A DNA stretch of 64,000 nt from Blepharisma stoltei ATCC 30299 (Eukaryota > Protista > Ciliophora): the NCBI GenBank assembly GCA_965603825.1, contig CBFDEM010000029.1, positions 248,001 to 312,000 on the forward strand. The letters run 5' to 3'. This document shows, piece by piece, positions 1 to 12,934 of this stretch (positions are counted from its first letter, which is position 1; each line of letters opens with the position of its first letter). Made by a program: the position numbers and the translations under genes. The notes beneath the pieces were generated by a model that was given only the letters and a program-made list of their open reading frames with translations, was not told the DNA's origin and searched no databases.

Positions 1-1116
1 GTCTTCTCTACAACTGGGTATGGAGACTATTATCCCAGAACTTATGCAGAAACTGTTTTTATGATGATTGTGCAGATTTTAGGTATATTGATGTATGCAT
101 ATTTTATTGGAAATGTCAGCAGCCTTATAGCGAGTCTAAAAAGCAACGAAGATTCCATACACCAAAAAGAGCATCAGCTTGATAAATGGCTATTTTTATT
201 AGGCAAAAATAAAAATCAAAAAAATATTTCTCCTGATATGCAGAACACAGTAAGAAAATATTTCTCATTTATTTGGAAATATGATAACTCAGCTATTGTG
301 AGAGATTCTGAATTTATGATGAGGCTGCCATATAAGCTTAGAAAAGCTTTAATAAAACATTTGTTTACTGGGGATGTCAAAAGATATGAAGCATTTTTTT
401 ATGGTTGCCCTGAAGAGTTTTGTTATCATATGGCTTTGAATATGTATCCGAGGCGGTATGAAAGTATGGAAGAAATTATATATGCGAACACAGCTGTAAG
501 CGAGGTGTATTTTATTCATTCTGGTACAATTTTACTTGGAACTCTACATGGGGTTCAGCTTTTTTTGAAACTGTCCCCGCGAAGTTATTTCGGAGATGAA
601 TATATTATTTTTAAGTCTAAACCAAGAATGTCTTATTTGGCAGATATGAACGGATGTGAGCTGCTGTGTGTGTCTAAAGATATCTTTGAGAAATTTTTAA
701 AAAAATATCCTCAAGCTTTTACTGTGCTTAGTAGAAGAGCTTACAAGAGAGGCTTATATTTTAATGCAATTATGTCTGCTGAAACGAAAAAACGAGATAG
801 CTTTGTAATACAATCTGAGTCTGATCAAGATAACGGTGATATTTTTCAAAAAATGAAGAGATCGGGGACATCGGTTTTAACTAACTTTGATGAAAATTTT
901 GATAGCTTGAATGATGAAGAAATGCAAGGTATGAGAGATGCGCTTAATGATATTGAGCTACTAGAAAATGGCCCGAAAAATAAAGTCATTGAAAAAATGG
1001 AAGATTCAATCCAGCAATTGAAAGATTTGAAAATTGAGATGGATGAGCTCAATGAAAGCTTAAAATTGTTGGAAGATGATTATGAGGCAAAAATAGAGGC
1101 ATTATCTGGGTCTTAA
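1..1116 (+). CDS. Cyclic-nucleotide-binding (EAG/CNG/HCN-like) K+ channel, 5'-partial
   Basis: Frame 1 is open from the window start: pore signature STTGYGD, S6 (FIGNVSSLI), C-linker and cNMP-binding domain (YFIHSG...YFGDE); TAA stop. Confidence 0.9.
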   Translation, partial: VFSTTGYGDYYPRTYAETVFMMIVQILGILMYAYFIGNVSSLIASLKSNEDSIHQKEHQLDKWLFLLGKNKNQKNISPDMQNTVRKYFSFIWKYDNSAIVRDSEFMMRLPYKLRKALIKHLFTGDVKRYEAFFYGCPEEFCYHMALNMYPRRYESMEEIIYANTAVSEVYFIHSGTILLGTLHGVQLFLKLSPRSYFGDEYIIFKSKPRMSYLADMNGCELLCVSKDIFEKFLKKYPQAFTVLSRRAYKRGLYFNAIMSAETKKRDSFVIQSESDQDNGDIFQKMKRSGTSVLTNFDENFDSLNDEEMQGMRDALNDIELLENGPKNKVIEKMEDSIQQLKDLKIEMDELNESLKLLEDDYEAKIEALSGS

Positions 1117-1227
1117 TCTGCTGATTAAGTAGAATAAAATATTTCTTTGTATTTTTGGAATAAATTAATATGTAATAAAAGCAAAATGAGCTTTAAAATT
1201 CAAAAACAATTAATTTCCATAATAAAC

Positions 1228-1734
1228 TTAATTTTCTGCTTCACTTGCCTCATTTTCTTTTGCCCATGCTTTTCTGAACTCTTTAAACCTCAGAAACCCT
1301 TGATGCTGCCTATAATTTTTTTTGAGTTCACTTAACTCATTACTCATTCTTTTTGAAAGCATCAATATAAACTGTAAAAATGCGCAGCAAAAGACACAAG
1401 TGATAGCATTAAGTATAAATACCAATAAAATTTTAGTATCATCTTCTAAACCATCATTATCTTCTCCAGAATCATCATTACTTAGCTGCATAAAATTTGT
1501 GTCTAATTCATCTTGAGTATTTTCAATATTAAATAAACTTGTGGATAGATCGTTTTTTACGTTATTATCCAACTTATCTTTATTTTCCAAAAAAATAGCA
1601 TTTGATTGTTGATTATTTTGGTCAATATTTTCAAGTTTTCCTGTATGCTTAAATTGCAAAAAGATTTCAGGATTAACGCTTCTTCTGATAGCAAAAATTG
1701 TGGACAAGAGATAAAGAAGAATAATGATTTTCAT
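1228..1734 (-). CDS. Hypothetical type I membrane protein (168 aa)
   Basis: Signal-peptide-like N-terminus (MKIIILLYLLSTIFA) and one hydrophobic segment (ILLVFILNAITCVFCCAFLQFILML). Confidence 0.7.
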   Translation of the reverse strand: MKIIILLYLLSTIFAIRRSVNPEIFLQFKHTGKLENIDQNNQQSNAIFLENKDKLDNNVKNDLSTSLFNIENTQDELDTNFMQLSNDDSGEDNDGLEDDTKILLVFILNAITCVFCCAFLQFILMLSKRMSNELSELKKNYRQHQGFLRFKEFRKAWAKENEASEAEN

Positions 1735-2331
1735 ATGCCTAAATTATCCGTTTTGAAAAAATTGAGCGATTAAGTAAATATGGAAGTAATTTAGTTGATC
1801 TGCTGGGATACTCACTGATGTCACTACACAATTATATATTTTCAAGATAAGAAGCTCGGTGGTTGATACAGAGAAAGTTGGCCTACTCTAAACATGTGAT
1901 AATCGAAATTAGATCTTTTAAAAAAATCTTTGGCTGCCTCAAAGAGTGTCGAGATCATTAAGTTTAGTATATAATCACCAAAAAAGTGAAAATAAAAAAA
2001 CTGTGAATGATAGCTCAATTTATAAGATGTAATTACTCTAATAAGTAATAGCTGTAGCTACAATAAAAGCTGCCTTTATGAACGCTTTGAAGGCTCAAAA
2101 GTTTTATTTATAAGTTGCTGGTTCTTCTCCATTTATAGTAGTTATTGCTAACCTCCATAATAATTATATAAATTATTGACTGATTAGCGAGAATGACAAA
2201 TATTGATGGGATATTATCAGTTTCAAATATTAGTTATAAAGTTATTATAAGTCACTGCTATGATAATATATAATTAAACTGAATAAATAGCTTTTTATCA
2301 TATATAATTATTTATAAATAATAAAAACACC

Positions 2332-2853
2332 TTATTTAGTATCTAATTCATAAAAACGTCGATATGGAACCAACATCCCTGATTTAAATATCCCAATTTG
2401 TACTTCTCTATACTTATAAAGGGCATTTACAACTTCACAAATCCCATCTTCAATATAATCATTTAAAATTTTAAACACATTTTCCATTCATCTATGGGAC
2501 GAATTTTCAATCACTAACAAAATAAACCCAATATCTGTAAAGCATATTAATGAAGCATAACTTTTTTTAGTGCTCTGATACACGACTTCAGTAAAATAAA
2601 GCTTTTCTTTTAGATGAATAGGGTTCATCATTGGGGTTAAACTGACTGAAAAAGCCCTATGAAAATCTGGAATAAAAAGAGCATCTTTACTAGCAAATGA
2701 TAATGGGTCACAAATAGGAGCGTCTGCCATTAATAAGTCTATATCATCTTCACAGTCTCCACTTTCTGAGTTTTCTGACGTATTTGGATGAGAATTCAGC
2801 ACTGAAAGATGACAAATTGATTTTAGAAGTTCATAGGTAGAGTTTAGCTCCAT
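2332..2853 (-). CDS. Hypothetical protein (173 aa)
   Basis: ATG at 2853; reading TGA 2488-2490 as Trp extends the frame to TAA at 2332-2334. No family recognised. Confidence 0.55.
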
Positions 2854-3030
2854 TTTTATATATAATATATCTATTATCAACTGCATTATCTCAATAAATA
2901 AAAGAAAATTAAATACCTTTCTTCACATTATAAAAAATATTTCCCCAAAGAATTAACTTATAAAAATGAACAAGCAAACTTAAATATTCAGTTAAATCTT
3001 ATTACTTAAAGGAGAAATAAAAATTTAATA

Positions 3031-4185
3031 ATGGCAGTCGCGAACGCAATTTTGGAAGGTTCATGGGGTTTTATTATAGTTTCTGCGATCATATTTTATG
3101 GAGCATGCGTATGATATATTTATCACAAAAGAGATTTTCAAGAAATTTATGCAAGGTCGCCTGGGATCTTGATTTTATCGATAATCGTCAACTGTGTTGA
3201 GGTAATCGGCTCAATATCATTAGGATTTATTCAGATTATGGGGTTTTACTGGGAAATGAAAATTGCACTGCCTGTTTTTATAGTTTATAACACTGCTCAT
3301 CAAATTTTTTACATCTCAAATTTATTAAGGATGTACAGACTTAATTTATTAGACAAAATTAGAGCAGGAATTAATATGACACATAAAGAATATTTATCGA
3401 AGCAATCACGACTTTCAAACAGATGGAATTTAAAAATCGCAGTATATTATGCTGCTCCGGTATCTTTGTTGTTTACTGGTTTTGCATTTGCTCAAAGTAT
3501 AGTAACTGATGAAAGCCCGTTCGTTTTAGATTTGATTTATAATATTATGGCAGATTCCCTAACATTTTTTGAGGAAGTTGGCTACACAATTTTTCTCTTC
3601 AAGATTAGAAAAATCAAGCATTTGACTAATCTTAAAGCAGAATTATATTTATTCTTAGGAGTATGGTCACTTGGATTTTCTGGACCCTTTATTCCTATGT
3701 GGATTTTTCATTTTTATATCGTCCCAATAAGAAACTTGTCAATGCTTATTATCACTTTTATTTCGTTATACGAAACTAGCACTCACTTCCACAAAATTCC
3801 AATATCATCTTTGCGAGATCCTCGAATAATCCTTGAAGATTTCACTGTCTATAGATATTTCAGACAATTTGCATCAAGATCAGCTAACCCACTTTTGATG
3901 CAATTTCTGGAATTTCTTATAAAAATCAATTTATATAAGCTTGAACCATCTCTAGAAAAAGCAGGAGAAATTTATGATACATTTCTAAAAGATAAAGATT
4001 TAATACCGGATTCTATATCAAAAGGGACTATTCAATGCTTGATTGAGGTAAAAGACTCAATCAATTTAAGATCTACATTATTTTCTGATATAGAATTTTA
4101 CATCTATCATCAATTCGATTGGTTTGTTTATCCTGAATTCACGACATCTCAAGAATATCGAGAACTTCTATTAGAAACAGAGTAA
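3031..4185 (+). CDS. 7TM-RGS protein (seven TM helices plus C-terminal RGS domain), 384 aa
   Basis: ATG 3031 is in frame with ORF 3169 through one TGA. Seven hydrophobic segments, ARSP after TM1, then an RGS-like tail (ILEDFTVYRYFRQFA...FLEFLIKINLYK...AGEIYDTFL...LFSDIE...VYPEFTTSQEY). Confidence 0.75.
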
Positions 4186-4296
4186 TTCAAATATTGTGAA
4201 TAATATAAATTTAAATAAACATATATTTGTTTAATTAATTTTCTTTAAGAAAATTAGACAAGAATGTAAATCCCCCCAAATTTGCTGTGACAGAAA

Positions 4297-7200
4297 ATGG
4301 AAGCGGGAAATTGGGTTGACAGCATAAAGCGTCCCAAGTTAGCGGAGAGCTATAATGATAACAGAAATTCAATTAATTTCATGCAAACTGGCGTAGATTA
4401 CTATCTAGGATGCTCTCCTGGTGTCCAAAAAGATACCCCCATACTTAGAATATATGGGGTTACTGAGGAAGGAAATTCAGTTATGGCTCACGTTCATTCC
4501 TTTGCTTCATATTTCTGAGCAGAATGCCCTTATGGCATGGACAATGATTTCTACAGCGAAAAGCTTAAACAAGCTTTAAATTCTCATCCTCAATCCCCAA
4601 ATGCAGTCAGCCATATCACTTATGAACCTAAAGAATCCATTATGTATTATACACCCAATGGCCCTTCTCTGTTTTTCAAAATTCATACCTTTATCCCAAA
4701 ATCCATTTCTACCCTTAAAGGGATCATTGAAAGGGGCATTCAAGTCGAAGGTACCATTTTTTCTGGGCAAACTTATGAGTCAAATATCCCTTTTGCATTA
4801 AGATATATGATTGATGCAGGAATCGTCGGAATGTGCTGACTAGAGCTCCCTGCTTTTCAATATTCGATAAGGGACTATGACAAAATTTCTAATTCTGATT
4901 TAGAAATAGATATTAATTACCAAAATATTATTGTCCACAAGCCAGAAGGGGAATGAAGCAAAATCGCACCTTTAAGAGTCCTTTCCTTTGACATTGAATG
5001 CAATAATAACGGCCAAAATTTTCCGACGCCAGAAAAAAACGAAATAATTCAAATCGGAAATGTCTGCAAAATAGCGAACTCTGAAAACGTCATAGCAAGA
5101 AATATTTTTACTTTAGGTGGCTGTTCAGATATTCCTGATGCTACTATTTTTAGCTATAATAGAGAAGAAGACATGCTAATGGGGTGGCGAGATTTTGTGG
5201 TCTCTGTAGATCCTGATATTATTACAGGCTACAATATTCTTAACTTTGATTATGACTATATTTTCAAACGAGCCGAAAAACTGAAATTAAAAAAATTCCC
5301 TTTTTTTGGCAGAATTAAAAATTTACCTACAAAACTAAAAGATACCACTTTTCACTCAAAAGCACAAGGTCTGAGAGAAAGTAAAGAAATTTTAATGGAA
5401 GGAAGAATTCAGCTTGACATGTTTCAGCATATACAAAGAGAACATAAACTGAGTCATTATTCGCTAAATGCAGTATCAATTGCCTTTTTAAAGGAGCAAA
5501 AAGAAGATGTTCATTGGACGATTTTGAAAGACTTGCAAGAATGCTCTGATGAGACTAGAAGAAGGATTGCTATTTATTGCTTAAAAGATTGCTATTTGCC
5601 ACTAAGGCTGCTTGAGAAACTGATGTGTATTTTTAATTATGCTGAAATGGCAAGAGTTACTGGGGTGCCTTTTTCTTATCTTTTGACGAGAGGGCAGCAG
5701 ATTAAGGTTGCATCTCAGCTGCTGAGAAAAGCAAAAGAGCATAATATGCTAGTCCCTACACGGTCAAGAAATGAAGCAGGAGAGAAATATGAAGGGGCTT
5801 TTGTACTGGAGCCTAAAAAAGGTTTTTATAACGTCCCAATTGCGACTTTGGATTTTGCGTCACTTTATCCTTCTATTATGATGGCTCATAATCTCTGTTA
5901 TTCTACGCTAATTTTACCATCTGTTCTTAATAGAATGGACCCAGAAAATATTATTTCAACTCCTTCAGGAGATTATTTTGTCAAAGCTACTATAAGAAAA
6001 GGGATTTTACCTATTATTTTAGAAGAACTAATTGGGGCAAGAAAAAAAGCACGTGAAGAAATTAAGCAAACTGATGATCCTTTTATGAAAAAGGTACTTG
6101 ATGGCCGACAATTGGCACTTAAAATATCAGCTAATTCTGTTTATGGGTTTACAGGAGCCCAAGTTGGCCAATTGCCTTGCTTACAAATTTCTTCAAGTGT
6201 AACTGCATATGGGAGAATGATGATTGAAGAGACCAAAATGACAATTGAAGAATTTTATTCAACTTCTAACAGTTTTGAATATAATTCCCAAGTCATTTAT
6301 GGTGACACAGACTCTGTAATGATTAATTTTGGGCTTGAAAACCTATCAGAAGTCATGAAACTTGGCAAAGAAGCAGCAGAAATGGTTTCCCAAAAGTTTG
6401 CAAAGCCCATAAAACTCGAGTTCGAAAAGGCTTATTTCCCTTATTTATTGATGAATAAAAAAAGATACGCAGGGCTGCTATGGACAAACCCAGAAAAGTA
6501 TGACAAAATTGATATGAAAGGTATTGAAAGTGTTAGGAGGGATAATTGTGCATTGGTCAGGGAGACTATAAATACTTGTCTATATAAGCTGCTCATTGAA
6601 AGAAACGTCAATGATGCTGTAGATTTTGTTAAAGGTGTTGTATCTGCCCTTTTGCAGAATAAAATTGATTTATCTATGCTTGTTATCACAAAAGCATTGG
6701 GGAAAAAAACTCAAAGTGAAGGGAAAAGCAATAAAAATGCTTATCAAGGGAATCAGGCTCATGCAGTTCTAGTAGAAAAATTGAGGAAAAGAGATCCAGC
6801 CACAGCCCCTGGGGTTGGAGATAGAGTTCCTTATGTGATGATAAAAGGAGTCAAAGGCCAAAAAGCTTATGAGCTAGCTGAGGACCCTATTTATGCGCTA
6901 AACAATGATCTTTCTATTGATTTCAGCTATTATTTAGAAAAGCAGCTGAAGCTGCCCCTTTTGCGTCTCTTTGATGCCATTTTGGCAAATCCTGAACAAT
7001 TATTCATTGGAGACCATACTAAAATCAGATACCAATCAAAATCTGCTGGTGCCTTATCTAAATTTATTAAGGTTTCAGCTACTTGCATATCGTGTAAAGC
7101 ACAAATAAAATCTGGAGCATTATGTAGCAATTGTGAAGAAAAGGCTCCAGAAATTTATTTGGAGAAAGTTTTGCAAGAAAATCAGTATGAAAAGAATTTC

Positions 7201-7359
7201 CAAGAACTCTGGGCTGAGTGCCAAAGGTGCCAAGGATCTGTTAACCAAGAAGTCCTGTGCACAAATAAAGATTGTCCGATTTTCTACAGAAGAGAAAAGG
7301 TGAAAAAGGACATGGGATTAATCAAAGTAGAGCTTGAAAAATTAGCTTCGAATTGGTAA
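4297..7359 (+). CDS. POLD1: DNA polymerase delta catalytic subunit (1020 aa)
   Basis: One frame through TGA at 4516, 4837 and 4954 (EGE-W-SKIAPLRVLSFDIEC). Motifs DFASLYPS, KISANSVYG, YGDTDS and C-terminal Cys clusters. Confidence 0.97.
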
Positions 7360-7465
7360 TGCCAATAATTTATTCAAAATTAATATAAGTTCTAGCCCCT
7401 AAGGCATAGCATTTGTGTAGATTTACCATAATGGGATAAGAAAATTTTTGTATATAACTGTTATT

Positions 7466-8872
7466 ATGGACGAACTTATAGTCAACCAAAGTGATTTTGC
7501 AGTCGAAAATCAAGGTAAGCTTCGTGATACCTATCGAATCGGCTCAAAGCTCGGAGATGGCGCATTTGGGAGCGTCAGAAAAATAACCCACCGAATAACT
7601 GGAGAAATTCGCGCAGTAAAAACAATCCACAAAAAGACCCTCCGCACTGAAGAAGAGCGTCAAACATTTTTTAACGAAGTATCAGTCCTACGCTCCTTAG
7701 ACCACCCAAATATTCTTAAATTCTATGAGTTTTTCCAAGACGATAAGAATTATTATTTAATAACGGAGCTATGTTCGGGTGGCGAGTTATTTGATAGGAT
7801 CATCAATAATGGATCATTTTCAGAAGCAACTGCAGCTGAATATTTAAGACAGATCCTTTCAGTATTAGCGTATTGCCATGAGAGAAATGTCGTCCATAGA
7901 GATTTGAAACCTGAAAATTTCCTGTTAGACACTACAGAGCCAGATGCAAATTTAAAAGTAATTGATTTCGGGACAGCTCAATTTTTCAGACCAGGAGAGT
8001 ACATGAGCCAAAAATTTGGGACACCTTATTATATTGCTCCAGAAGTCTTAAGAAAGCATTATAATGAAAAATGCGACGTTTGAAGCGCTGGGATTAATTT
8101 ATATGTATTTTTAGTTGGATATCCACCATTTGGAGGTAATACTGATGAGCAAATATTGAGGAAGGTAACTGCAGGTCGCTTTTCTTTTCCTTCTCCTGAA
8201 TGGGACAATATAAGCTTTGAAGCCAAAGATTTAATTTCAAAAATGCTTACAATTGACCCAAGCAGAAGGATTTCAGCAAAAGACGCTCTTAGGCACACTT
8301 GGCTCAGTAAAGCTCCTCGTGTTCCCATTAACAGCTCTCTTGCCAGAACAATTTTCTCAAATCTCCAAAGTTTCCGAGCAGGCCGAAGTCTACAAAAAGC
8401 TACTTTTTCTTTTATAGCTTCTCAGCTCTCCACAAAGCAAGAAAAGGACGAAATGCTTAATTTATTTAAATCTTTAGATACAGATAACAGCGGAACATTA
8501 TCAAAGGCTGAGCTCATTGAAGGCTATACTATGTTATATGGAAACCAAATAGACGATATTGAAGGAGAGGTAGACAGAATAATGAGCCAGGTTGATACAG
8601 ATAAATCAGGAGAAATTGATTATACAGAGTTCATTGCAGCGACTTTGAATAAAAATAGACTTTTGTCAAGAGAAAGATTGGAAGCAGCCTTTAAGGCGTT
8701 TGATTTAGATAACAGTGGAACTATATGTGCAGGAGAACTGAAAGCACTTTTAGGAAAGCATCATAATTATGATGAAGACATGTGGCAAGATATAGTGAAT
8801 GAAGTAGATCAGAATGGAGATGGGCTTATTGATTTGAGGGAATTTACTGAAATGATGCTAAAAGTTGCTTAA
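7466..8872 (+). CDS. CDPK: Calcium-dependent protein kinase (kinase plus 4 EF-hands)
   Basis: HRDLKPEN, DFG, KCDV-W(TGA 8081)-SAG and four DxDxxG EF-hands; the two supplied ORFs join in frame. Confidence 0.95.
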
Positions 8873-8901
8873 TAATTAAAAATATATGAGTAATTATTAG
8901 T

Positions 8902-9513
8902 TTATATAGTAGAGTATCATATTTCTGTTTCTTCAGGAGCTTCATTTTTCGTTTCTGCATCATTTTCATCATAATTTTCTTCTTTATCAATCCCTGTTTT
9001 CTGGGCAATAAGAAGGTCAATTATGCCATTCCCTCTAGGATGGTCTTTAGTAGCCTTCTGTATCATAGTTTTTCATCTATTTTTTACACTATTTTCATTC
9101 CTCCCAGGCAGTTTTTTTGCAATATCGCTCCACTTATTACCATGAATTCTTTGCTGCTCAAGAATAAAAATATCTTCTTTATCAGTCCAGTCTCCTTTTA
9201 TTAATTTAGGATCAAGATGGTTATACCATCTTTCTCTGCAATGGCGGCCTCGTCTGATTTCTTTTCCAGCGTAATATAAAGTGTTTAGTTCTTTTGCAAC
9301 AGTGTTTCAGACCTTTGTGCCTTTAGATTCAATTATTTTCTTGAGTATTTCATCTTCTACCGCATTTCAGTTTTTTTCAGAGCGATGATGAGCTTTTTTA
9401 ATTTTGACATCGGCTGGGACCGCTAAGGGATGAAATTTATTTCTGCTGAAGCTAGCCATACAAGGAACAAGCCAAATGTCTCCTTCCAAATGAAAAATCT
9501 GGGGGGTATTCAT
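8902..9513 (-). CDS. R2R3-Myb transcription factor (203 aa)
   Basis: N-W(TGA)-NAVEDEIL, V-W(TGA)-NTVAKEL, CRERWYNHLDP, WTDKED, GNKWSDIAKKLPGRNENSVKNR-W(TGA); TAA at 8902-8904. Confidence 0.92.
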
Positions 9514-9619
9514 ATTTAATAAAAATGGTAAAAAATGTAAATTTAACAAATAATTTAAATAAATTAATTAAAGAATTTTATTGTCAAATTTTCTAATTAT
9601 TTAATCGCAAATATTTAAT

Positions 9620-11794
9620 TTAATCCCAATCCCAGTTATTAATTTCTTCTTTAGTCGGCTGAATATTTGTTTTTTCTTGATAATTGCTATGCCCTTTGTA
9701 GGAAAAAGTTTTGGTTGATTTATTACTTGGATTCTTCTTTATCTTAAAATTGAAGCTTTGCTTTGGCTCATGATTGCCTGCAATATCTTGATTTTGGGAA
9801 GCTGGATTATGAATTGGCCTTTTAATCTGCTCCTCATCCTTAATTTCTACAGGATTATGGAGTCGTTTTTCGCTTAAATGAGAAGCCACTTTAATTTCTT
9901 CAATTTGCTGCTTATTCCCAGAATTCACCAATTTTTTGCTTTTAGACATCGGCAGCTTTGGTCTCACCTCTACATCGTCTAGCCCAAATTTTTCAAAATC
10001 ATCAAAAACGTCCATCATCCCAGTCTGGGGTCCGAAAAAACGTGTTTTAGTAGGTGTTAAATCTTTATTCGGGGAATCTGATTTTGTAAACGTAGAATAT
10101 TTTTGCTCTGTATCAACTTTATTTTCATATTTCAATTGATAATTTGACTTAGGCATGCTATTTTTAGATTTTTTTTCTTCAGGCCACTCTTGTCTTCCTT
10201 TGATTTCATTTTCTCTCATATCACTTAAGGCTTTATATTGATCAGTCAAGTCTTGACCATTTGGCTTAGGCTTATTATTTTTATTTAGATCTTCTTTAAA
10301 TCCAATTGAGGCTTTATATTGGTCTACAATGTCTTGATAATTTGGCTCAGGCTTATTATTTTGAGGTTTTTTATTTGCATCTTCTCTAAATCCAATTGAG
10401 GCTTTGTGTTGGTCTACCAAGTCTTGATAATTCGACTCAAGCTCTTTATTTTGAGGCTGCCTTTCTTGAAGTCTTTCTCGTTTTATTTTCTTTACATCTT
10501 CTTTAATTCCGATTGAAGCTTTGCATTGGTCTACAAAATCGACCCTGCTTTCTCTTTCTTGTTTCTTTTCCTCATAATGATCAATATCTAGAACATGCTT
10601 ATTTTCATAGATCCCGCCTTGTTCTATATAATCATGATAATTTATTGGATTTGTCTGATTTATTTCAGTATTTCTATTCTGTAAATTTTGATTTTGTAAA
10701 ACTTCATAATCTTGCTCTGGAATTTCTTTTCTTTGTAAAGAATAGCCTCCTTCATGTTGCCATGACCCTTTTTCTGGGTCTTGATATTTTTCCATGCCTC
10801 CGCCTTGTAAATTCATTTCAGCTTGTTGCTTAATCTCAATAGTTTGAATTTTTCTTTCATATTCATCAGGATCTTTTGACTTCATCCTAATTAAAGGCTG
10901 TAATGGTGGAACCTCTAATTCTTCCTCAGCTTTATATATTTGATGATATTTATATCGATCCTCCTCTATATTCGCTTCGGGCTTAGTATTAATATATTTT
11001 GTCTCATTTTCAATCGGTTGAGGATTTTCTTTTTTTTGAGGAGATGGCTGCACTGGATTATTTTCTTGTGAAGGTGTTGGATCATCTTCTGAACATATAG
11101 TGTCTCTCCGTTGATGGGTTGATTTAACTGGACTCGTCAATTTGGAGGTTTCAAGCTTTGGAGGATTAAAATAACCTTCATCAGGATGTGTAGGGAAATT
11201 TGATTTTTCATTATGTGGTTGAGATATCTGTGCTTGCGAATTAAATCGGTTTCCTCTTTGAGGAATCTCTTGATATCCACCATCAGAAGGAGTATTTTCC
11301 TCAGAATTTCCTCTAACTCGCCTTTCTGGGCTTTCATAACGATTTTCATTAGCCATTGAAATCCCTGCTCGTGAAAAAGTCGTTGAGCTTTCTGCAGCTG
11401 GATTTGTATGAGCTCTAGTAAGGAGTGCTTTAAACGCCAGACACCATTGATTGTGAGTTGATAATGAATCAGTATAAAGCGTATAAGTCCTAGTGTTAAA
11501 TTCTATTGAAAACAAAAATTTCCAATCTGACACTATAGTAACTCGTGGGTTAGGATCAAAACCAATTAAATCGTTAAGATTGTGAGACTCATGAGGGTTT
11601 TTGTCAGATTCTTTCTTTTTATAAGAAAATACGCCAGTGTGTAAATTCAGGGTAAATCATCTTTTGGTGAATCTTGATAAAAAAAGAGCTTTTGCTCTGA
11701 AGTTTTTGAGCTTTTTTAGGTATGCTTCGAGAACCATAGGTCCCTAGATAGGGGTTACATTGTAATTTGGGTTGAGGTAAAAGCTTGAACTCAT
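9620..11794 (-). CDS. PH-domain protein with long low-complexity tail; probable 15-nt intron at 11744-11758
   Basis: PH domain LEAYLKKLK...KR-W(TGA)-FTL...FLFSIE...HNQWCLAF. ATG 11794 is in frame once GTAACCCCTATCTAG is spliced; an alternative ATG lies just downstream of the intron. Confidence 0.8.
11744..11758 (-). other. Candidate 15-nt spliceosomal intron GTAACCCCTATCTAG
   Basis: GTA...TAG, 15 nt, A at position 10 (the heterotrich tiny-intron pattern); removes an in-frame TAG. Confidence 0.6.
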
Positions 11795-12068
11795 TTTAAA
11801 TTAATATAAAACAGATGCTAGATCATATTATTTGGCTTCATACTCCCTCTATAAAAAATTGCATTTCCCAGTTAAGACGTAATTAATGCAAAATAAAATT
11901 ATAACTATTTTAATTACAATTGTGCCTTTTTCATTTTAATCCCTTACGCTCAGCGATTTTATTCTCAATCAATTGAAATTTCACCACAGACCACTTAATT
12001 TTGCATAAAAATTGCTTATCTTTCGTTTTTATATCCTTATTAAATTAACTGAACATGTCTTATAAAAT

Positions 12069-12845
12069 ATGCTATTACTCATTTTACTATCAGTTGCTAA
12101 CGCAGCCGATTTGGAGTGGACTGACCCTGTTTCTGGCTCTCAGTTCTCTTTTGAGTCTCTACAAAAGCCAGAAGACGACCCTTGAATAGTTTACCCTTCT
12201 TCAGATCTCATTGTATCAACAAAATATTATTTTAATTTTGGCACAAGCCTAAAGCAGCAATGCTCAGGACAATACGTCGGCGCGATTGAAGTCATTGAGC
12301 TTTGGGACGAAATTTTTGAGTCTTGTGATATCCTAGGCCGACAAGAAATGACATCATATGGACTAATAAATCCTAATAACCCTCAAGCTGGGTTTAAAAT
12401 CACTTATGGAGGCGGAGATTTATGCTCAGAATCATATGAAGGATTAGATTCTATTAAAAGAGCTGCCACTTTTAAACTGCATTGCAGCAACTATGAGACT
12501 GAATGAGAAGTGGTAGAAGAGTCTGGATTTGGGTACTGTCACGTTTTTCTCACAAAAAATACACCGGCAGGGTGTCCTGTGACAAGCACATTTCATATTA
12601 GAAAAGAATGGTGGTATCTCGCAGGATTTTTAGGATTTGTCTGGGTATATTTTGCAGGAGGGATCATTATTAATAGCATTCGAGGGATTAGAGGGTCTGA
12701 CGCAATCCCTCATTATAAATTCTTTGAAGGGCTGCTTGAGAAAATTCAAGGAATATTTGGATCGGTTTTTGTTAAAGCGAAAGAGAAATATATGATTGCA
12801 AAGGAAAAAATTGCGAAGAAAAACACAAGCTATGAAATGGTTTAA
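12069..12845 (+). CDS. Mannose-6-phosphate receptor homology / ATG27-like type I membrane protein (258 aa)
   Basis: Signal peptide MLLLILLSVANA, YYFNF, ITYGGGDLC...FKLHC...C...TPAGCP, TM segment, GIRGSDAIPHYKF and a YEMV sorting motif; two internal TGA. Confidence 0.8.
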
Positions 12846-12934
12846 GCATGATATTTGAAGCTATTAATTGAATAAAATAATAAGCAAATTAATCAATAGT
12901 ATTATTTATTAGCTTTATTCGTATTTCGGTGATA

